NCBI GenBank assembly: GCA_050699975.1
Contig: JBOHGH010000008.1
Span: forward strand, 976 to 64,975
DNA: 64,000 nt
From: Pseudonocardiaceae bacterium
GTDB lineage: Bacteria; Actinomycetota; Actinomycetes; Mycobacteriales; Pseudonocardiaceae
Direction: 5' to 3'
In this document: positions 36,331 through 46,327 of the stretch, one piece after another
Numbering within the stretch: position 1 is the stretch's first letter
Layout: each line of letters opens with the position of its first letter
Translations under genes and position numbers: made by a program
The notes under the pieces: model-generated
What the model was told of the DNA's origin: nothing
Database searches by the model: none
The model's input: the letters and a program-made list of their open reading frames with translations, nothing else

Positions 36331-37203
36331 ATGCAGCACACCGCGACGGCATCCGAGAGCACGGAGGCCCGGGAGCTGTCGTCTCGCAGCTGGTCCCGAG
36401 CAGTCGGCGATCTGACGGCGGGGTGGCGACAACGTCGGCTGTGGGGGCACCTGGGCTGGCAGGACATCAGGCAGGGTTACCGGCGCTCGGTGATCGGCCC
36501 GTTCTGGATCACTATCAGCCTGGCCGTCCAAGCGATCGGGATGGGCATCCTCTACGCAGCGCTGTTCGGCCAAGAACTACACGACTTCCTGCCCTACCTG
36601 GCCGTCGGACTGATCATCTGGCAGTTCATGGCGGCCTGTATCAATGACGGCGCCGAGGTCTTCATCCGAAACGAGGGCCTGATCAAACACCTGCCCGCGC
36701 CGTTGAGTGTGCACATCTACCGGCTGGTCTGGCGGCAACTGCTGTTCTTCGGGCACAACGTGCTGGTCTGGGTCGCGCTCATGCTGATCTTCCCACCGCG
36801 AGACCCGCGGGGATTCGGGTGGAGCAGCCTGCTGGCGTTTCCGGCGCTGGCCCTGATCGTGCTCAACGGGGTCTGGGTGGCGATCCTGATCGGGGTCATC
36901 GCCACCAGATACCGCGATGTCCCCCCGGTGACCGGCAGCGTCGTCACCCTGATGTTCTTCATGACGCCGATCGTGTGGGACTACGAGCAGCTGCTGAGCA
37001 CACCCGGCACGGTCGGCGAGCGCGCCCGGCTGGCCGAGCTCAACCCGTTCCTGCACTACGTCGAGATCCTGCGACGCCCGATGATCGGTGAATCCTTCGA
37101 ACTCCGGCACTGGGTGGTGACTCTGGCTATCACTGTGGTGGGGTGGGCGGTGGCGCTGCTTGTCCTGCGAAACTACCGAGCCCGAGTCTCCTACTGGGTG
37201 TGA
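36331..37203 (+). CDS. ABC-2 type polysaccharide exporter permease (RfbD/TagG-like)
   Basis: 290 aa with 6 TM segments. N-terminal WRQRRLWGHLGWQDIRQGYRRSVIGPFWITIS is typical of ABC-2 permeases. Confidence 0.8.
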   Translation: MQHTATASESTEARELSSRSWSRAVGDLTAGWRQRRLWGHLGWQDIRQGYRRSVIGPFWITISLAVQAIGMGILYAALFGQELHDFLPYLAVGLIIWQFMAACINDGAEVFIRNEGLIKHLPAPLSVHIYRLVWRQLLFFGHNVLVWVALMLIFPPRDPRGFGWSSLLAFPALALIVLNGVWVAILIGVIATRYRDVPPVTGSVVTLMFFMTPIVWDYEQLLSTPGTVGERARLAELNPFLHYVEILRRPMIGESFELRHWVVTLAITVVGWAVALLVLRNYRARVSYWV

Positions 37204-37210
37204 TAGCACA

Positions 37211-38014
37211 ATGGTCTCCATCGACGTCAACGCAGCCTGCGTGGACTTCCCGATCTTCGACGCGAAGACCAGGTCGCTGAAGAAGGCGCTGCTGGGCACC
37301 ATGGGGCGGGCTGGCGGCAAGATCGGGATCGACTCCAAGGTGCCGATCATCGAGGCGCTCCGGGACATCACCCTGACGCTGCGCCACGGCGATCGGGTCG
37401 GCCTGATCGGGCACAACGGGGCGGGCAAGTCCACCCTGCTGCGGCTGCTGTCCGGGATCTACGAGCCGACCAGGGGCAGCTCGCAGATCGTCGGGAAGGT
37501 CGCCCCGGTGTTCGACCTCGGTGTCGGCATGGACCCGGAGATCTCCGGCTACGAGAACATCATCATCCGCGGGTTGTTCCTGGGCATGACCCGCAAGCAG
37601 ATGGAGGCCCGCACCGAGGAGATCGCCGAGTTCAGCGAGCTCGGTGACTACCTGTCGATGCCGCTGCGCACCTACTCGACCGGCATGCGGGTCCGCCTCG
37701 CGCTCGGCGTCGTGACCAGTATCGACCCGGAGATCCTGCTACTCGACGAGGGCATCGGCGCAGTGGACACCGCCTTCCTGGAGAAGGCCCGGGACCGGCT
37801 CACCGCGCTGGTCGAGCGATCCGGGATCCTGGTGTTCGCGTCGCACTCCGACGAATTCCTCATCGAACTGTGCACCTCGGCGTTGTGGCTGGACCACGGA
37901 GAGATCCGGGAGGAGGGTGACCTGCGCACGGTGCTGTCCCATTACAAGGGCAAGGACCCGTACGAGAACCTCAGCAAGGAAGCCCTCACCCGCGTCCAGG
38001 AGGCCGCCAGATGA
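37211..38014 (+). CDS. ABC polysaccharide exporter ATP-binding protein (RfbE/TagH-like)
   Basis: Walker A GHNGAGKST, signature YSTGMRVRL, Walker B ILLLDEG. ATG 37211 is 8 nt after the permease stop. Confidence 0.85.
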   Translation: MVSIDVNAACVDFPIFDAKTRSLKKALLGTMGRAGGKIGIDSKVPIIEALRDITLTLRHGDRVGLIGHNGAGKSTLLRLLSGIYEPTRGSSQIVGKVAPVFDLGVGMDPEISGYENIIIRGLFLGMTRKQMEARTEEIAEFSELGDYLSMPLRTYSTGMRVRLALGVVTSIDPEILLLDEGIGAVDTAFLEKARDRLTALVERSGILVFASHSDEFLIELCTSALWLDHGEIREEGDLRTVLSHYKGKDPYENLSKEALTRVQEAAR

Positions 38015-38022
38015 CCGCCCAT

Positions 38023-38090
38023 ACCGCATTCAGCGGGCTCAGCGGGGTTATCAGGCCGGCTTTTACCACGCTCAGCCCGCTGAATGCGGT
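38023..38090. repeat. 22-bp inverted repeat (1 mismatch) forming a stem-loop with a 24-nt loop
   Basis: Arms are accgcattcagcgggctcagcg (38023-38044) and cgctcagcccgctgaatgcggt (38069-38090). It lies between the ABC ATPase stop (38014) and the GT2 start (38100). Confidence 0.7.
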
Positions 38091-38099
38091 GGTCGCCCG

Positions 38100-38981
38100 A
38101 TGAGCACGGTGATCGCCGTGGTGGTGACGCGGCATCGGCGGGATCTGCTGGCCAAGTCGCTGGCCGTGATCGGCGAGCAGACCCGGGTACCCGATCATCT
38201 GGTGGTGGTGGATAACGGTCCGGATGACCCGGCCGAGGAGGTCGTCGAGGACTGCCCGATCCCGTCCACCTACCTGCCCTCGCTGCGCAACCTCGGCGGC
38301 GCCGGCGGGTTCGCGCTGGGCATCCTGCATGCGCTGGCGCTGGGCGCGGACTGGGTATGGCTGGCAGACGACGACGGGCGTCCCGCAGACGTCCGGGTGC
38401 TGCAGACACTGCTCGAGGAGGCCCGGCGCAAAAACCTCGGGGTGATCTCCCCGGTGGTCGTCAACATCGACGATCCCGAGCGGCTGGCGTTCCCGCTACG
38501 CCGTGGCCTGACCTGGAAGCGCCACCGCAGTGAGCTGGGGACTGACTTCCTGCCCGGTATCGCGAGCTTCTTCAACGGCGCGCTGTTCAGCGCCGGCGCG
38601 CTCGACGTCGTCGGCGTCCCGGACTACCGGCTGTTCGTCCGGGGCGACGAGGTGGAGGTGCACCGCCGGGTGGTCCGCGCCGGGCTGCGGTTCGGCACGA
38701 CCTTGAAGGCCGCCTACGCCCACCCCGACGGCTCAGCGGAATTCAAGCCGATGCTGCGCGGTCACTTCCACGCCCAGGACCCTGCCGACGAGGTCAAGCG
38801 GTACTACACCTACCGCAATCGCGGCTACCTGCTGTCCCAGCCGGGGATGCGCTGGATGGGGATGCTGGAGGTGTTCCGGTTCGGGCTGTACTTCCTGGGT
38901 ACCAAACGCGACCCGCGGGCCTTCCGGCAGTGGCTGCGGCTGCTCCGCCAGGGCCGGGCAGAGCGCTTCTACCGGCATTGA
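38100..38981 (+). CDS. Family 2 glycosyltransferase, GlfT1-like (galactofuranosyltransferase-type)
   Basis: 293 aa: VIAVVVTRHRRDLLAKSL...LVVVDNGPDD...WLADDDGRP. Its position beside rfbD/rfbE-like genes mirrors the mycobacterial Rv3781-Rv3783 region. Confidence 0.7.
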   Translation: MSTVIAVVVTRHRRDLLAKSLAVIGEQTRVPDHLVVVDNGPDDPAEEVVEDCPIPSTYLPSLRNLGGAGGFALGILHALALGADWVWLADDDGRPADVRVLQTLLEEARRKNLGVISPVVVNIDDPERLAFPLRRGLTWKRHRSELGTDFLPGIASFFNGALFSAGALDVVGVPDYRLFVRGDEVEVHRRVVRAGLRFGTTLKAAYAHPDGSAEFKPMLRGHFHAQDPADEVKRYYTYRNRGYLLSQPGMRWMGMLEVFRFGLYFLGTKRDPRAFRQWLRLLRQGRAERFYRH

Positions 38982-39038
38982 CAATCAAGGTCCGGGACGG
39001 GTGCCAAGGCGCTGGTCCCTTTGGACTAGCCTCCTCCC

Positions 39039-42000
39039 GTGCTGACCCCCGGGCACACCGAGACCTCGCGCCGCCCGTCCGGCATTGGTGACGAGGCCAC
39101 CGAGCGTCCCCCCGGCCGCCACAGAGGTAACGACCGTGTCTGCCCGCGGTGGCGGATCGCAGCCGCAGCGCTCGGTCTGCTCGGCGCGCTACTCGCCGTC
39201 CTGATACCGCTACTGCCGGTGGTCCAGGCCACCACCGTGATCACCTGGCCGCGCCCGGGGCAGGTTGCCCCGGTCAACGCGCCGCTGGTCACCTTTCAGC
39301 CGCAGAGCCTGACCGCCACGATCCCCTGCACGGCAGCCACCTCGGCTGACGCGCGGACGGTGCAGCCGGCGTCGCTGCTGGCCACCACCCCGCCCGGCTC
39401 CACCGAAGGCGCGGCCGTGGGAATGGTCCTGCAGGTGGCGGACCGGAAGCTGAGCCTGATCAGCCGCGGCCAGGCGCTCGGGACACCCATCCCCGTGCCC
39501 CCGGGCGAATGCTTGATCAAGATCGACTCCGACGCCACCGGCACCACGGCCTCGGCCGGCCCCACCCAGTTCGTCACCGTCGACCAGGACGTCCGGCCGC
39601 AGGTGACCGGCATCTACTCGGTTCTCGACGAGAAGCTCGACCCGGTCGCGGGGCTGGCGGTGCAGATCACCGCGGACACCCGCTTCCAGTCCACCCCACA
39701 TCCGATCAAGCTCGCCGCGATGGTGCTCGCCGTGGTGGCCGTGTTGAGCAGCCTGATCCTGCTGCATCGGCTGGACGGGCGGATCAGTCGACGGGCCCCC
39801 CGGCTGCTGCCGTCGGGCTGGTGGCGCCCCACCGGGCGGGACGCGACGGTGATCACCGTGCTGGCGGTGTGGGTCGTCATCGGTGGGATCACCTCCGACG
39901 ACGGCTACATCCTCACGATGATCCGCACCAGTTTGGACATGGGGTACGTCGGCAATTACTACCGATGGTTCAACGTCCCCGAGGCGCCCTTCGGCTGGCC
40001 CTACGAGCTGTACACGTTGTGGGCGCAGATCAGCACCGCTCCGCCGTGGCTGCGGCTGCCCTCCTTCGCCATGGGTGTGGTCAGCTGGATGCTGATCAGC
40101 CGCGAGGTGATGCCGCGGCTGGGCCGGCAAGTCCGCCGCAGTGCCGCCGCCGGATGGGCCGCCGCCGCGGTGTTCCTGGCCTTCTGGCTGCCCTACAACA
40201 ACGGCCTGCGGCTGGAACCGGTGGTCGCGATCGGCTCGCTGCTCGCGTTGTGCGCGGTAGAGCGCGCGGTGGCCACCCGCCGGGTGTTGCCGCTGGCGCT
40301 AGGCCTGCTCGCTGCCGCCTTCACCGTCGCCGCGACACCGACCGGTTTCATCGCGGCCGCACCGTTCCTGGTGGCGGTGCGACCACTGGTGCGACTGCTG
40401 CGCCAGCACGCCTCCGTCGCCGGTCGGCCCGCCGTGCTCGGGCCGATCATCGGTGCCGGGTTGCTGGTTCTTGTGGTGATCTTTGCTGACCAGACGCTGA
40501 GAGGGGTGCTGGAAGCCACCCGGATACGCACCGAGATCGGTCCCAGCATGTCCTGGTTCCAGGAGCCCACCCGCTACCAGTGGCTGTTCAGCCCCACCCC
40601 GGACGGGGCGCTGGCCCGCCGCTTCCCGGTGGTGCTGTTGCTGCTGTGCCTGGGAACCTGCCTGGTGGTGCTGTTGCGCCGGGGCGGCATCCCGGGCGCC
40701 GGCCTGGGTCCGAGCCGGCGGCTGATCGCCACCGCGGGGGTGTCGCTGGTACTCATGGCGCTGACTCCGACCAAATGGACCCACCACTTCGGGGCGCTCG
40801 CCTCGATCGGCGCCGCGCTGGCCGCGCTCACCGCGCTGGCCACCAGCTCGGGCGTGCTGCGTTCGGCGCGCAACCGGTGGTGGTTCGTGTCCGGCCTGCT
40901 GGTGATCCTGGCGCTGTCCTCGACCGGACCCAACGCACCGTGGTACGTCTCGCAGTACGGGGTGCCGTGGTTCGACAAACCCCCGTCGGTGAACGGCTTC
41001 CAAGCGAGCACGCTGCTGATCGTGGCGGCCGCGCTGGCCGGGTTGATCGCGGTGATCGAGGGGTTGCGGCACGAGCCGGGCGCACCGCCGCCACCCCCGC
41101 CGGACCGGGGCAACGGGCAGCGGCGGGCGCTGCTGATCGGGTCGGCTCCGCTGGCGGTGTTCTGCGGCCTGCTGGTGCTCGCCGAGGTCGGCGCGATGTT
41201 CAAGGCAATGCACAAGCAGCGCGACGGCTACAGCATGGCCGCCGCCAACATCGCCCATATCACCGGACGCAGTTGCAATCTCACCGACGCCGTGTCCGTC
41301 GAGCCCGATCGGAGCGCCGGTGCGCTGATCCCGCTCCGGGGTGCGCTGCTCGCCGACATCCCGCTGCGGCGTGGCTTCGAACTCAACCGGCTCACCTCCC
41401 CCGTAATCACTGACGGGGCGGACGAGCAACCTGGCGATACTCAGAGTGACCGCATTCAGGGTGACCGCGCTCCCGAGTCCGAGCCGAACATCCCGGTTGG
41501 CATCCCACCGCCTGGGCTGGGTGGCGACAAGATCCCGATCTGGAGCAGCTTCTCCAGCGACGGCCCCGGCACCGGGGACACCCGCACCACCTGGTACGCG
41601 CTGCCCGGCGGGGCCGGCCAGGGCCGTAACGCGCCGGTCGTGATCTCCGTCGCCGGAAACCTGTCCTCCACCACACCGCTGGTCGCTGAGTTCGCCCGCC
41701 GCACCGAGCGTGGATTTCAGGTCGTCGACCAGATTCCCATCGGCGGGCAGGCCACCGCCAATGCGCCAGGATGGCGGGACTACCGCCTCGGGCTGGCCGG
41801 CCGGCCCGCCGCCGGGGCGGACACCGTGCGGCTGATCGCCACCGACGCCGACGTCACCGAAGAGGGTTGGCTGTCGTTCTCCGCGCCCCGGGTGCCCGTG
41901 CTGACCTCGATGACCGACCTGGTGGCCCCGATACCCCCGGTGTTCATGGACTGGCCCGTCGGCTTCGTTCACCCGTGCGTGCGCCCGTTCGAGGTCCGCA

Positions 42001-42317
42001 ACGGCATCGCCGAAGTGCCCCAGTATCGGCTCCTACCCGACGAGCTGCTGGCTGATTACAGCAAGAACTGGTCATCACGGGACGCCGGCGGTCCGATCGG
42101 CTGGTTGCAGATTCTCGCTACCGAGCAGGAGGTGCCGACCTACCTCAAGGAGAACTGGGACACCGACTGGGGCAAGCTCATGGTCATCCAGCCCCGGGTA
42201 CCCGACGCTGAGGCACCCACGTTGAGGACCGGCACCGAGGTGCGCAGCGGCTGGTGGTCACCGGGGCCGCTGCGCAGCGGAGGCCAGACCGCGGAGATCT
42301 CCCAACTGGGTCGCTGA
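39039..42317 (+). CDS. Arabinosyltransferase, EmbA/B/C family (GT-C)
   Basis: 1092 aa. N-terminal domain, about 13 TM segments (ITSDDGYILTM..., WYVSQYGVPWFDKPP) and a C-terminal carbohydrate-binding domain. Confidence 0.85.
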   Translation: MLTPGHTETSRRPSGIGDEATERPPGRHRGNDRVCPRWRIAAAALGLLGALLAVLIPLLPVVQATTVITWPRPGQVAPVNAPLVTFQPQSLTATIPCTAATSADARTVQPASLLATTPPGSTEGAAVGMVLQVADRKLSLISRGQALGTPIPVPPGECLIKIDSDATGTTASAGPTQFVTVDQDVRPQVTGIYSVLDEKLDPVAGLAVQITADTRFQSTPHPIKLAAMVLAVVAVLSSLILLHRLDGRISRRAPRLLPSGWWRPTGRDATVITVLAVWVVIGGITSDDGYILTMIRTSLDMGYVGNYYRWFNVPEAPFGWPYELYTLWAQISTAPPWLRLPSFAMGVVSWMLISREVMPRLGRQVRRSAAAGWAAAAVFLAFWLPYNNGLRLEPVVAIGSLLALCAVERAVATRRVLPLALGLLAAAFTVAATPTGFIAAAPFLVAVRPLVRLLRQHASVAGRPAVLGPIIGAGLLVLVVIFADQTLRGVLEATRIRTEIGPSMSWFQEPTRYQWLFSPTPDGALARRFPVVLLLLCLGTCLVVLLRRGGIPGAGLGPSRRLIATAGVSLVLMALTPTKWTHHFGALASIGAALAALTALATSSGVLRSARNRWWFVSGLLVILALSSTGPNAPWYVSQYGVPWFDKPPSVNGFQASTLLIVAAALAGLIAVIEGLRHEPGAPPPPPPDRGNGQRRALLIGSAPLAVFCGLLVLAEVGAMFKAMHKQRDGYSMAAANIAHITGRSCNLTDAVSVEPDRSAGALIPLRGALLADIPLRRGFELNRLTSPVITDGADEQPGDTQSDRIQGDRAPESEPNIPVGIPPPGLGGDKIPIWSSFSSDGPGTGDTRTTWYALPGGAGQGRNAPVVISVAGNLSSTTPLVAEFARRTERGFQVVDQIPIGGQATANAPGWRDYRLGLAGRPAAGADTVRLIATDADVTEEGWLSFSAPRVPVLTSMTDLVAPIPPVFMDWPVGFVHPCVRPFEVRNGIAEVPQYRLLPDELLADYSKNWSSRDAGGPIGWLQILATEQEVPTYLKENWDTDWGKLMVIQPRVPDAEAPTLRTGTEVRSGWWSPGPLRSGGQTAEISQLGR

Positions 42318-42513
42318 GATCGCTGAGCAAAGAGGGGCCCCCCGCGGAAACGAGGGGGAGGTGTTCCGCGAGGGGCGGCGGATCCGGCTGGGGGTCCCGA
42401 ACCCGCACTTCATTGTGCCACTTTCAGACTCCCCCATGCGAGTGATCCCACGGCGTGGCGCACAGGATTTCCTCGGCGCGTCGCCGCTACCACTCGTCCG
42501 GGTCAGTGGCGGA

Positions 42514-42921
42514 TCAGTGCCGGAAGATCACCGTGCGTTGCACAATGAAGTTGATACATGTGGCAGTGCCCTGTGCGACGACGAACGCGGCAGTGATCTC
42601 ACCCTGCATCGGCGGCAGCAACGCGAGCATCACCGCGTTCATCCCCACCTGAACGACGAAGGTGATCCCGTACAGCGCCATCACCGAAGCGAGCTGCGCG
42701 CCGCCACCCCGGCCCTGGAACGTCCACCGGCGGTTGATCAGGTAGGCGGTGGCGGTACCGGCGATGAATCCCAGCGCCTTGGCCAGATGCACCCACAGCC
42801 CGGTGGCCAGCAACGCCTGGTAGCTGCCGTAGTCAACGATGGCGGCGACGCCGCCGACGAGCACGAACCGGGTGAGCTGGGTGGCCAGGCTCCGACGCGC
42901 CGCTAGCTGGGGTGCGGCCAA
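42514..42921 (-). CDS. GtrA family membrane protein
   Basis: 135 aa with 4 TM segments: QLTRFVLVGGVAAIVDYGSYQAL...INFIVQRTVIF. Confidence 0.8.
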   Translation of the reverse strand: MAAPQLAARRSLATQLTRFVLVGGVAAIVDYGSYQALLATGLWVHLAKALGFIAGTATAYLINRRWTFQGRGGGAQLASVMALYGITFVVQVGMNAVMLALLPPMQGEITAAFVVAQGTATCINFIVQRTVIFRH

Positions 42922-43049
42922 TCCGGGCTCCTTACCAGTGGCGGTCAGGTTCGAGAAGAGTACCGACGGGCCACCGGCACCGCCGGACCACCCGTTACCC
43001 TCCCGCCGTGGTCGCTTCCCGTTCGGAACGGACCACGGGATGGCGGGCT

Positions 43050-46000
43050 GTGACCTGGCAGGCAGCAGCGTTGGCCGGGCTGGCTGTGCTGGCGCTCGCC
43101 TGTGCGGTCGGTGCGCTGCTCGCCCCGGTGATCGTCGACGATCCGGTGGTCAGCTGGCCCCGGGCCGGAGAACAGCACCGTTCGACCGTGCTGCCGCTGG
43201 TGCCCTACCGCCCGTTGAGCCTGGACGCCACGGTGCCGTGCGCCGCGCTGGCTGCGCTGGACCAGCGGGCCGAGGGCGGCGACGCGCTGCGCACCCTGCC
43301 TCCCCCCGTCGTGCCGTCCGACCAGATCGATCTGGCGGACGCGCAGAGCTGGATCGATCAGGGCCTGGTCATCGGAGCGCACCGGGGCAACGTGGCGATC
43401 ACGGCCTCTGGTGCCACCCTGCTTCGGGAGGTACTGCCCGAGCCCGGGTGCACCTATCGCATCGTGGCCGACGCAGGCTGGGTGCGGGTGCTGCGCGACG
43501 GGCAACAGCGAGCCGCCGCCCCGCTGCCGGTACCCCAGGTCGGCGAGCTGGCCACCGACCTCGAAGGTCACCCGGCGGCCGAGGGTCTGGCGGTGTCGCT
43601 GCACACCGATGCCCGCTACGAGTCCAGGCCGACCGCGCTGAAGATCGGTCTGCTGGTGGCCCACGGCGCCGCCCTGCTGGTGTTGCTCGTGCTGGCCTGG
43701 CGGTGGTGGGGCGGCCGAGCCGGGCCCATGGATGGCCCTATGGATGGGCCTGTCCAGCCGCCGTTACTGCGGCGGACCAGACTCCGGGCCGCTGACCTGG
43801 TGCTGGTGCTGGTCTCGGTGGTGTGGGTGCTGCTCGCGCCGACGAACTTCGACGACCCGTGGTATCTGCTGATGGCCCGAGGTGCCAACACCTCCGGCTC
43901 GATCGGCAACGCCATCTACATGTTCAACGTCACCGAGAACCCCTTCGTGGCCAGCCAGTACGTGCTGCAGGCTTGGGGGGCGATCGGCGGTTGGGACCTG
44001 GCGTGGATGCGGGTGGTGCCGCTGGTCTACGGGCTGCTCACCTGGGTGCTGCTGCGTCTGCTCCTGATCGCGGGTTTCGGCCGCGAGCTTGGTAGCAGCC
44101 GGGCGGTGTGGGCGCTGCTGGTGGCGTACCTGCTGTGGTGGCTGCCCTACGGGATGACGCTGCGTCCGGAACCGCTGATCGTGCTGTTCGCTGCCGCGAC
44201 GCTGTTGCTGGCCGAGTTGGCCCGCCAGCGCCGCTCGATCGGCCGGCTTGCCGCGGCTACCACGACCGCCGCGCTGGCGGTGTCGGTCTCCCCTTCCGGG
44301 CTGGTCGCCGCGGCTCCGCTGGTGCTGGCACTGCCCTGGCTGTGGGCCTGGCTGCGTGCGCAACCGCGGGTCGCACAGGTGGCCGCGATCGGGCTGCTCG
44401 TCGCCGCGGGCACCAGCCTGGTGCCGGTGGGCTTCGCCGACGCCACGTTGGGCGACTTCCTGGAGTCCACCGCGGTGCATCAGTGGTACTACCGGACATA
44501 CTCCTGGTACGAGGAGTTCGTTCATTACCGGACAGTGCTGCACCTGCAGGACTCCAGCCAGTGGGCGCGTCGGGCACCCATCGTGCTCACCATCGCGGTC
44601 CTCGTGGTCGTCGCGCTGGGCAGCGTGGTGGACAGAGTGGCGGGCGGGGCGGTCAGCAACGGCTCCACCAACGGCGACCCGGTGCGCCGGCTGTTGTTGA
44701 GCAGTGCGCTCTGCTCGGCGATAGCGCTGGCGCTCCTCGCGCCGACACCGACCAAATGGGTCAACCACTTCGGAGCGGTGGCCGCCGCTCCCACCGTGTT
44801 ACTTGCCGCAGCTCTGCTTCGGCCCCCGCTGCACCTTCCGTGGCGTTCCCCGGGGCGCCCACCGGGGCGTCCCCGCGCGGGTGCCGTCGCCGTCACCGCA
44901 GTGACGGCGGTGCTGGTGGGTGCGGTGTCACTGAGCTTCGCCGGACCGAACCTGTGGCGGCCCTATTCCGACCGGGGCCAGCCCTTCGGTAACCACCTCA
45001 ACGCGGCCCTGGATTGGGCCGACCTCGGGAGCCTGCGACCCAAGCTGGGCCCCGTGCAGCTGGCCAACCCCACGCTCTGGGCCGCGGTCGCGCTCGCAGC
45101 GGCCGGCTGGGTGTGGTGGCGGCGTCGCCGCGGTCGAGATACCGCGCTGACCCCCGACCGAGCAGTGTTGCTGGCCGGTTCGATCATGATGGTGGTCATG
45201 ACCATCGTCGTCTTCGTGTGGGCACCGCTGCGCCAATACCCCGGGTGGTCGGTAGCGCTGTCGGCTGTTCGAGCGGTGCAGGACGAGCCATGCGCGCTGG
45301 CCGACTACGCTCAGATCCTCGTCGATACCGAGGCGCAGCCGGTGCCCGCCGGTCCGGCGATCACTGACGGAGCGTTCGCCGCGGCGGCTGACGAGCCATC
45401 ACCGGTGCCTGCACCGGCTCCGGACACGCTGGTCTGGCACAGCGCCGCCCAGGGCGGCCCAGAGATAGGGCTGCTGGTGACACCCTGGTTCGCGCTGCCT
45501 GCTGATGGGCCCGATATCGGGCCCGCGAATGGGCCCGCGAATGGCGGCACCGACTTGCTGATCCCGCTGCTCGGCACCCGCACAGACCAGTGGCTGACCC
45601 TGCAGTACGCCACCACCGCCGGGCCAAGCCCTGCCGTGGCCGGCACGGTCGGGCTGCCGGTGGACCCGACCGTGCCCAAGATGCAGTGGCAACAAACGGT
45701 CGTCGCCCTGGACCGGCTGTCCATCCCGCACCATTCGGGCCAGCCGCGGCCGTCGAGTGTGCGGCTGGTTATTCTCGACTTGGTGCCCGGCCCCGGCAGC
45801 TGGCTTGCGGTAGGCCAACCGCGGCTGGCGCAGTGGCGTCCGCTGACCACCCTGACCGCCGCGGCGCCGGTCTATGTCGACCAGGTCACCGCCACCCTGC
45901 TGCCCTGCGTCAACCAGGTCGGAGTCGAGGACGGGATCGCGCGGATGCCGGAGGTGCTGGTGCTGGGCGACGAGGGGTTCCCCCGGCACTTCCTCGACCT

Positions 46001-46322
46001 GATGTTCGAGGCCTTCCGGGGCGGTACCCAGGTGCCGGCGGATCGCTCCGCGACAGCAGTGCGGGTGCCCACCCGGCTGATACCCGCCGGGCCACCCACC
46101 CTGCCCTGGGGCCGAGTCGCGCGGGTGGTCTACGACCACCCCGTCGGGCTGGTCGACCTGCGCGTCGAGTCGCTGCGGCGTGCCGGATGGACCCGGCTTG
46201 CCACGCTGGCCGATGAGGGCTATCACGGGGATCTCGCGCCACCGGGCTCAGAGGTCACGCCGGGTGATCAGCCGGGACAAGGCCCTGCGCTCGGCGGCGG
46301 TGTGCGCCCGCGGGTGGGCTGA
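43050..46322 (+). CDS. Arabinosyltransferase, EmbA/B/C family (second paralog)
   Basis: Same architecture as 39039..42317 (FDDPWYLLMARG..., TPTKWVNHFG). The ORF is open from 42912, but that start would overlap gtrA. GTG 43050 precedes the first TM segment. Confidence 0.8.
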   Translation: MTWQAAALAGLAVLALACAVGALLAPVIVDDPVVSWPRAGEQHRSTVLPLVPYRPLSLDATVPCAALAALDQRAEGGDALRTLPPPVVPSDQIDLADAQSWIDQGLVIGAHRGNVAITASGATLLREVLPEPGCTYRIVADAGWVRVLRDGQQRAAAPLPVPQVGELATDLEGHPAAEGLAVSLHTDARYESRPTALKIGLLVAHGAALLVLLVLAWRWWGGRAGPMDGPMDGPVQPPLLRRTRLRAADLVLVLVSVVWVLLAPTNFDDPWYLLMARGANTSGSIGNAIYMFNVTENPFVASQYVLQAWGAIGGWDLAWMRVVPLVYGLLTWVLLRLLLIAGFGRELGSSRAVWALLVAYLLWWLPYGMTLRPEPLIVLFAAATLLLAELARQRRSIGRLAAATTTAALAVSVSPSGLVAAAPLVLALPWLWAWLRAQPRVAQVAAIGLLVAAGTSLVPVGFADATLGDFLESTAVHQWYYRTYSWYEEFVHYRTVLHLQDSSQWARRAPIVLTIAVLVVVALGSVVDRVAGGAVSNGSTNGDPVRRLLLSSALCSAIALALLAPTPTKWVNHFGAVAAAPTVLLAAALLRPPLHLPWRSPGRPPGRPRAGAVAVTAVTAVLVGAVSLSFAGPNLWRPYSDRGQPFGNHLNAALDWADLGSLRPKLGPVQLANPTLWAAVALAAAGWVWWRRRRGRDTALTPDRAVLLAGSIMMVVMTIVVFVWAPLRQYPGWSVALSAVRAVQDEPCALADYAQILVDTEAQPVPAGPAITDGAFAAAADEPSPVPAPAPDTLVWHSAAQGGPEIGLLVTPWFALPADGPDIGPANGPANGGTDLLIPLLGTRTDQWLTLQYATTAGPSPAVAGTVGLPVDPTVPKMQWQQTVVALDRLSIPHHSGQPRPSSVRLVILDLVPGPGSWLAVGQPRLAQWRPLTTLTAAAPVYVDQVTATLLPCVNQVGVEDGIARMPEVLVLGDEGFPRHFLDLMFEAFRGGTQVPADRSATAVRVPTRLIPAGPPTLPWGRVARVVYDHPVGLVDLRVESLRRAGWTRLATLADEGYHGDLAPPGSEVTPGDQPGQGPALGGGVRPRVG

Positions 46323-46327
46323 CCACA

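Noticed and set aside
42912-43049. The upstream start (42912) for the second Emb gene.
   Set aside because: It would overlap the divergent gtrA start region and adds an Arg-rich non-conserved extension. GTG 43050, directly before the first TM segment, is preferred, but this remains uncertain.
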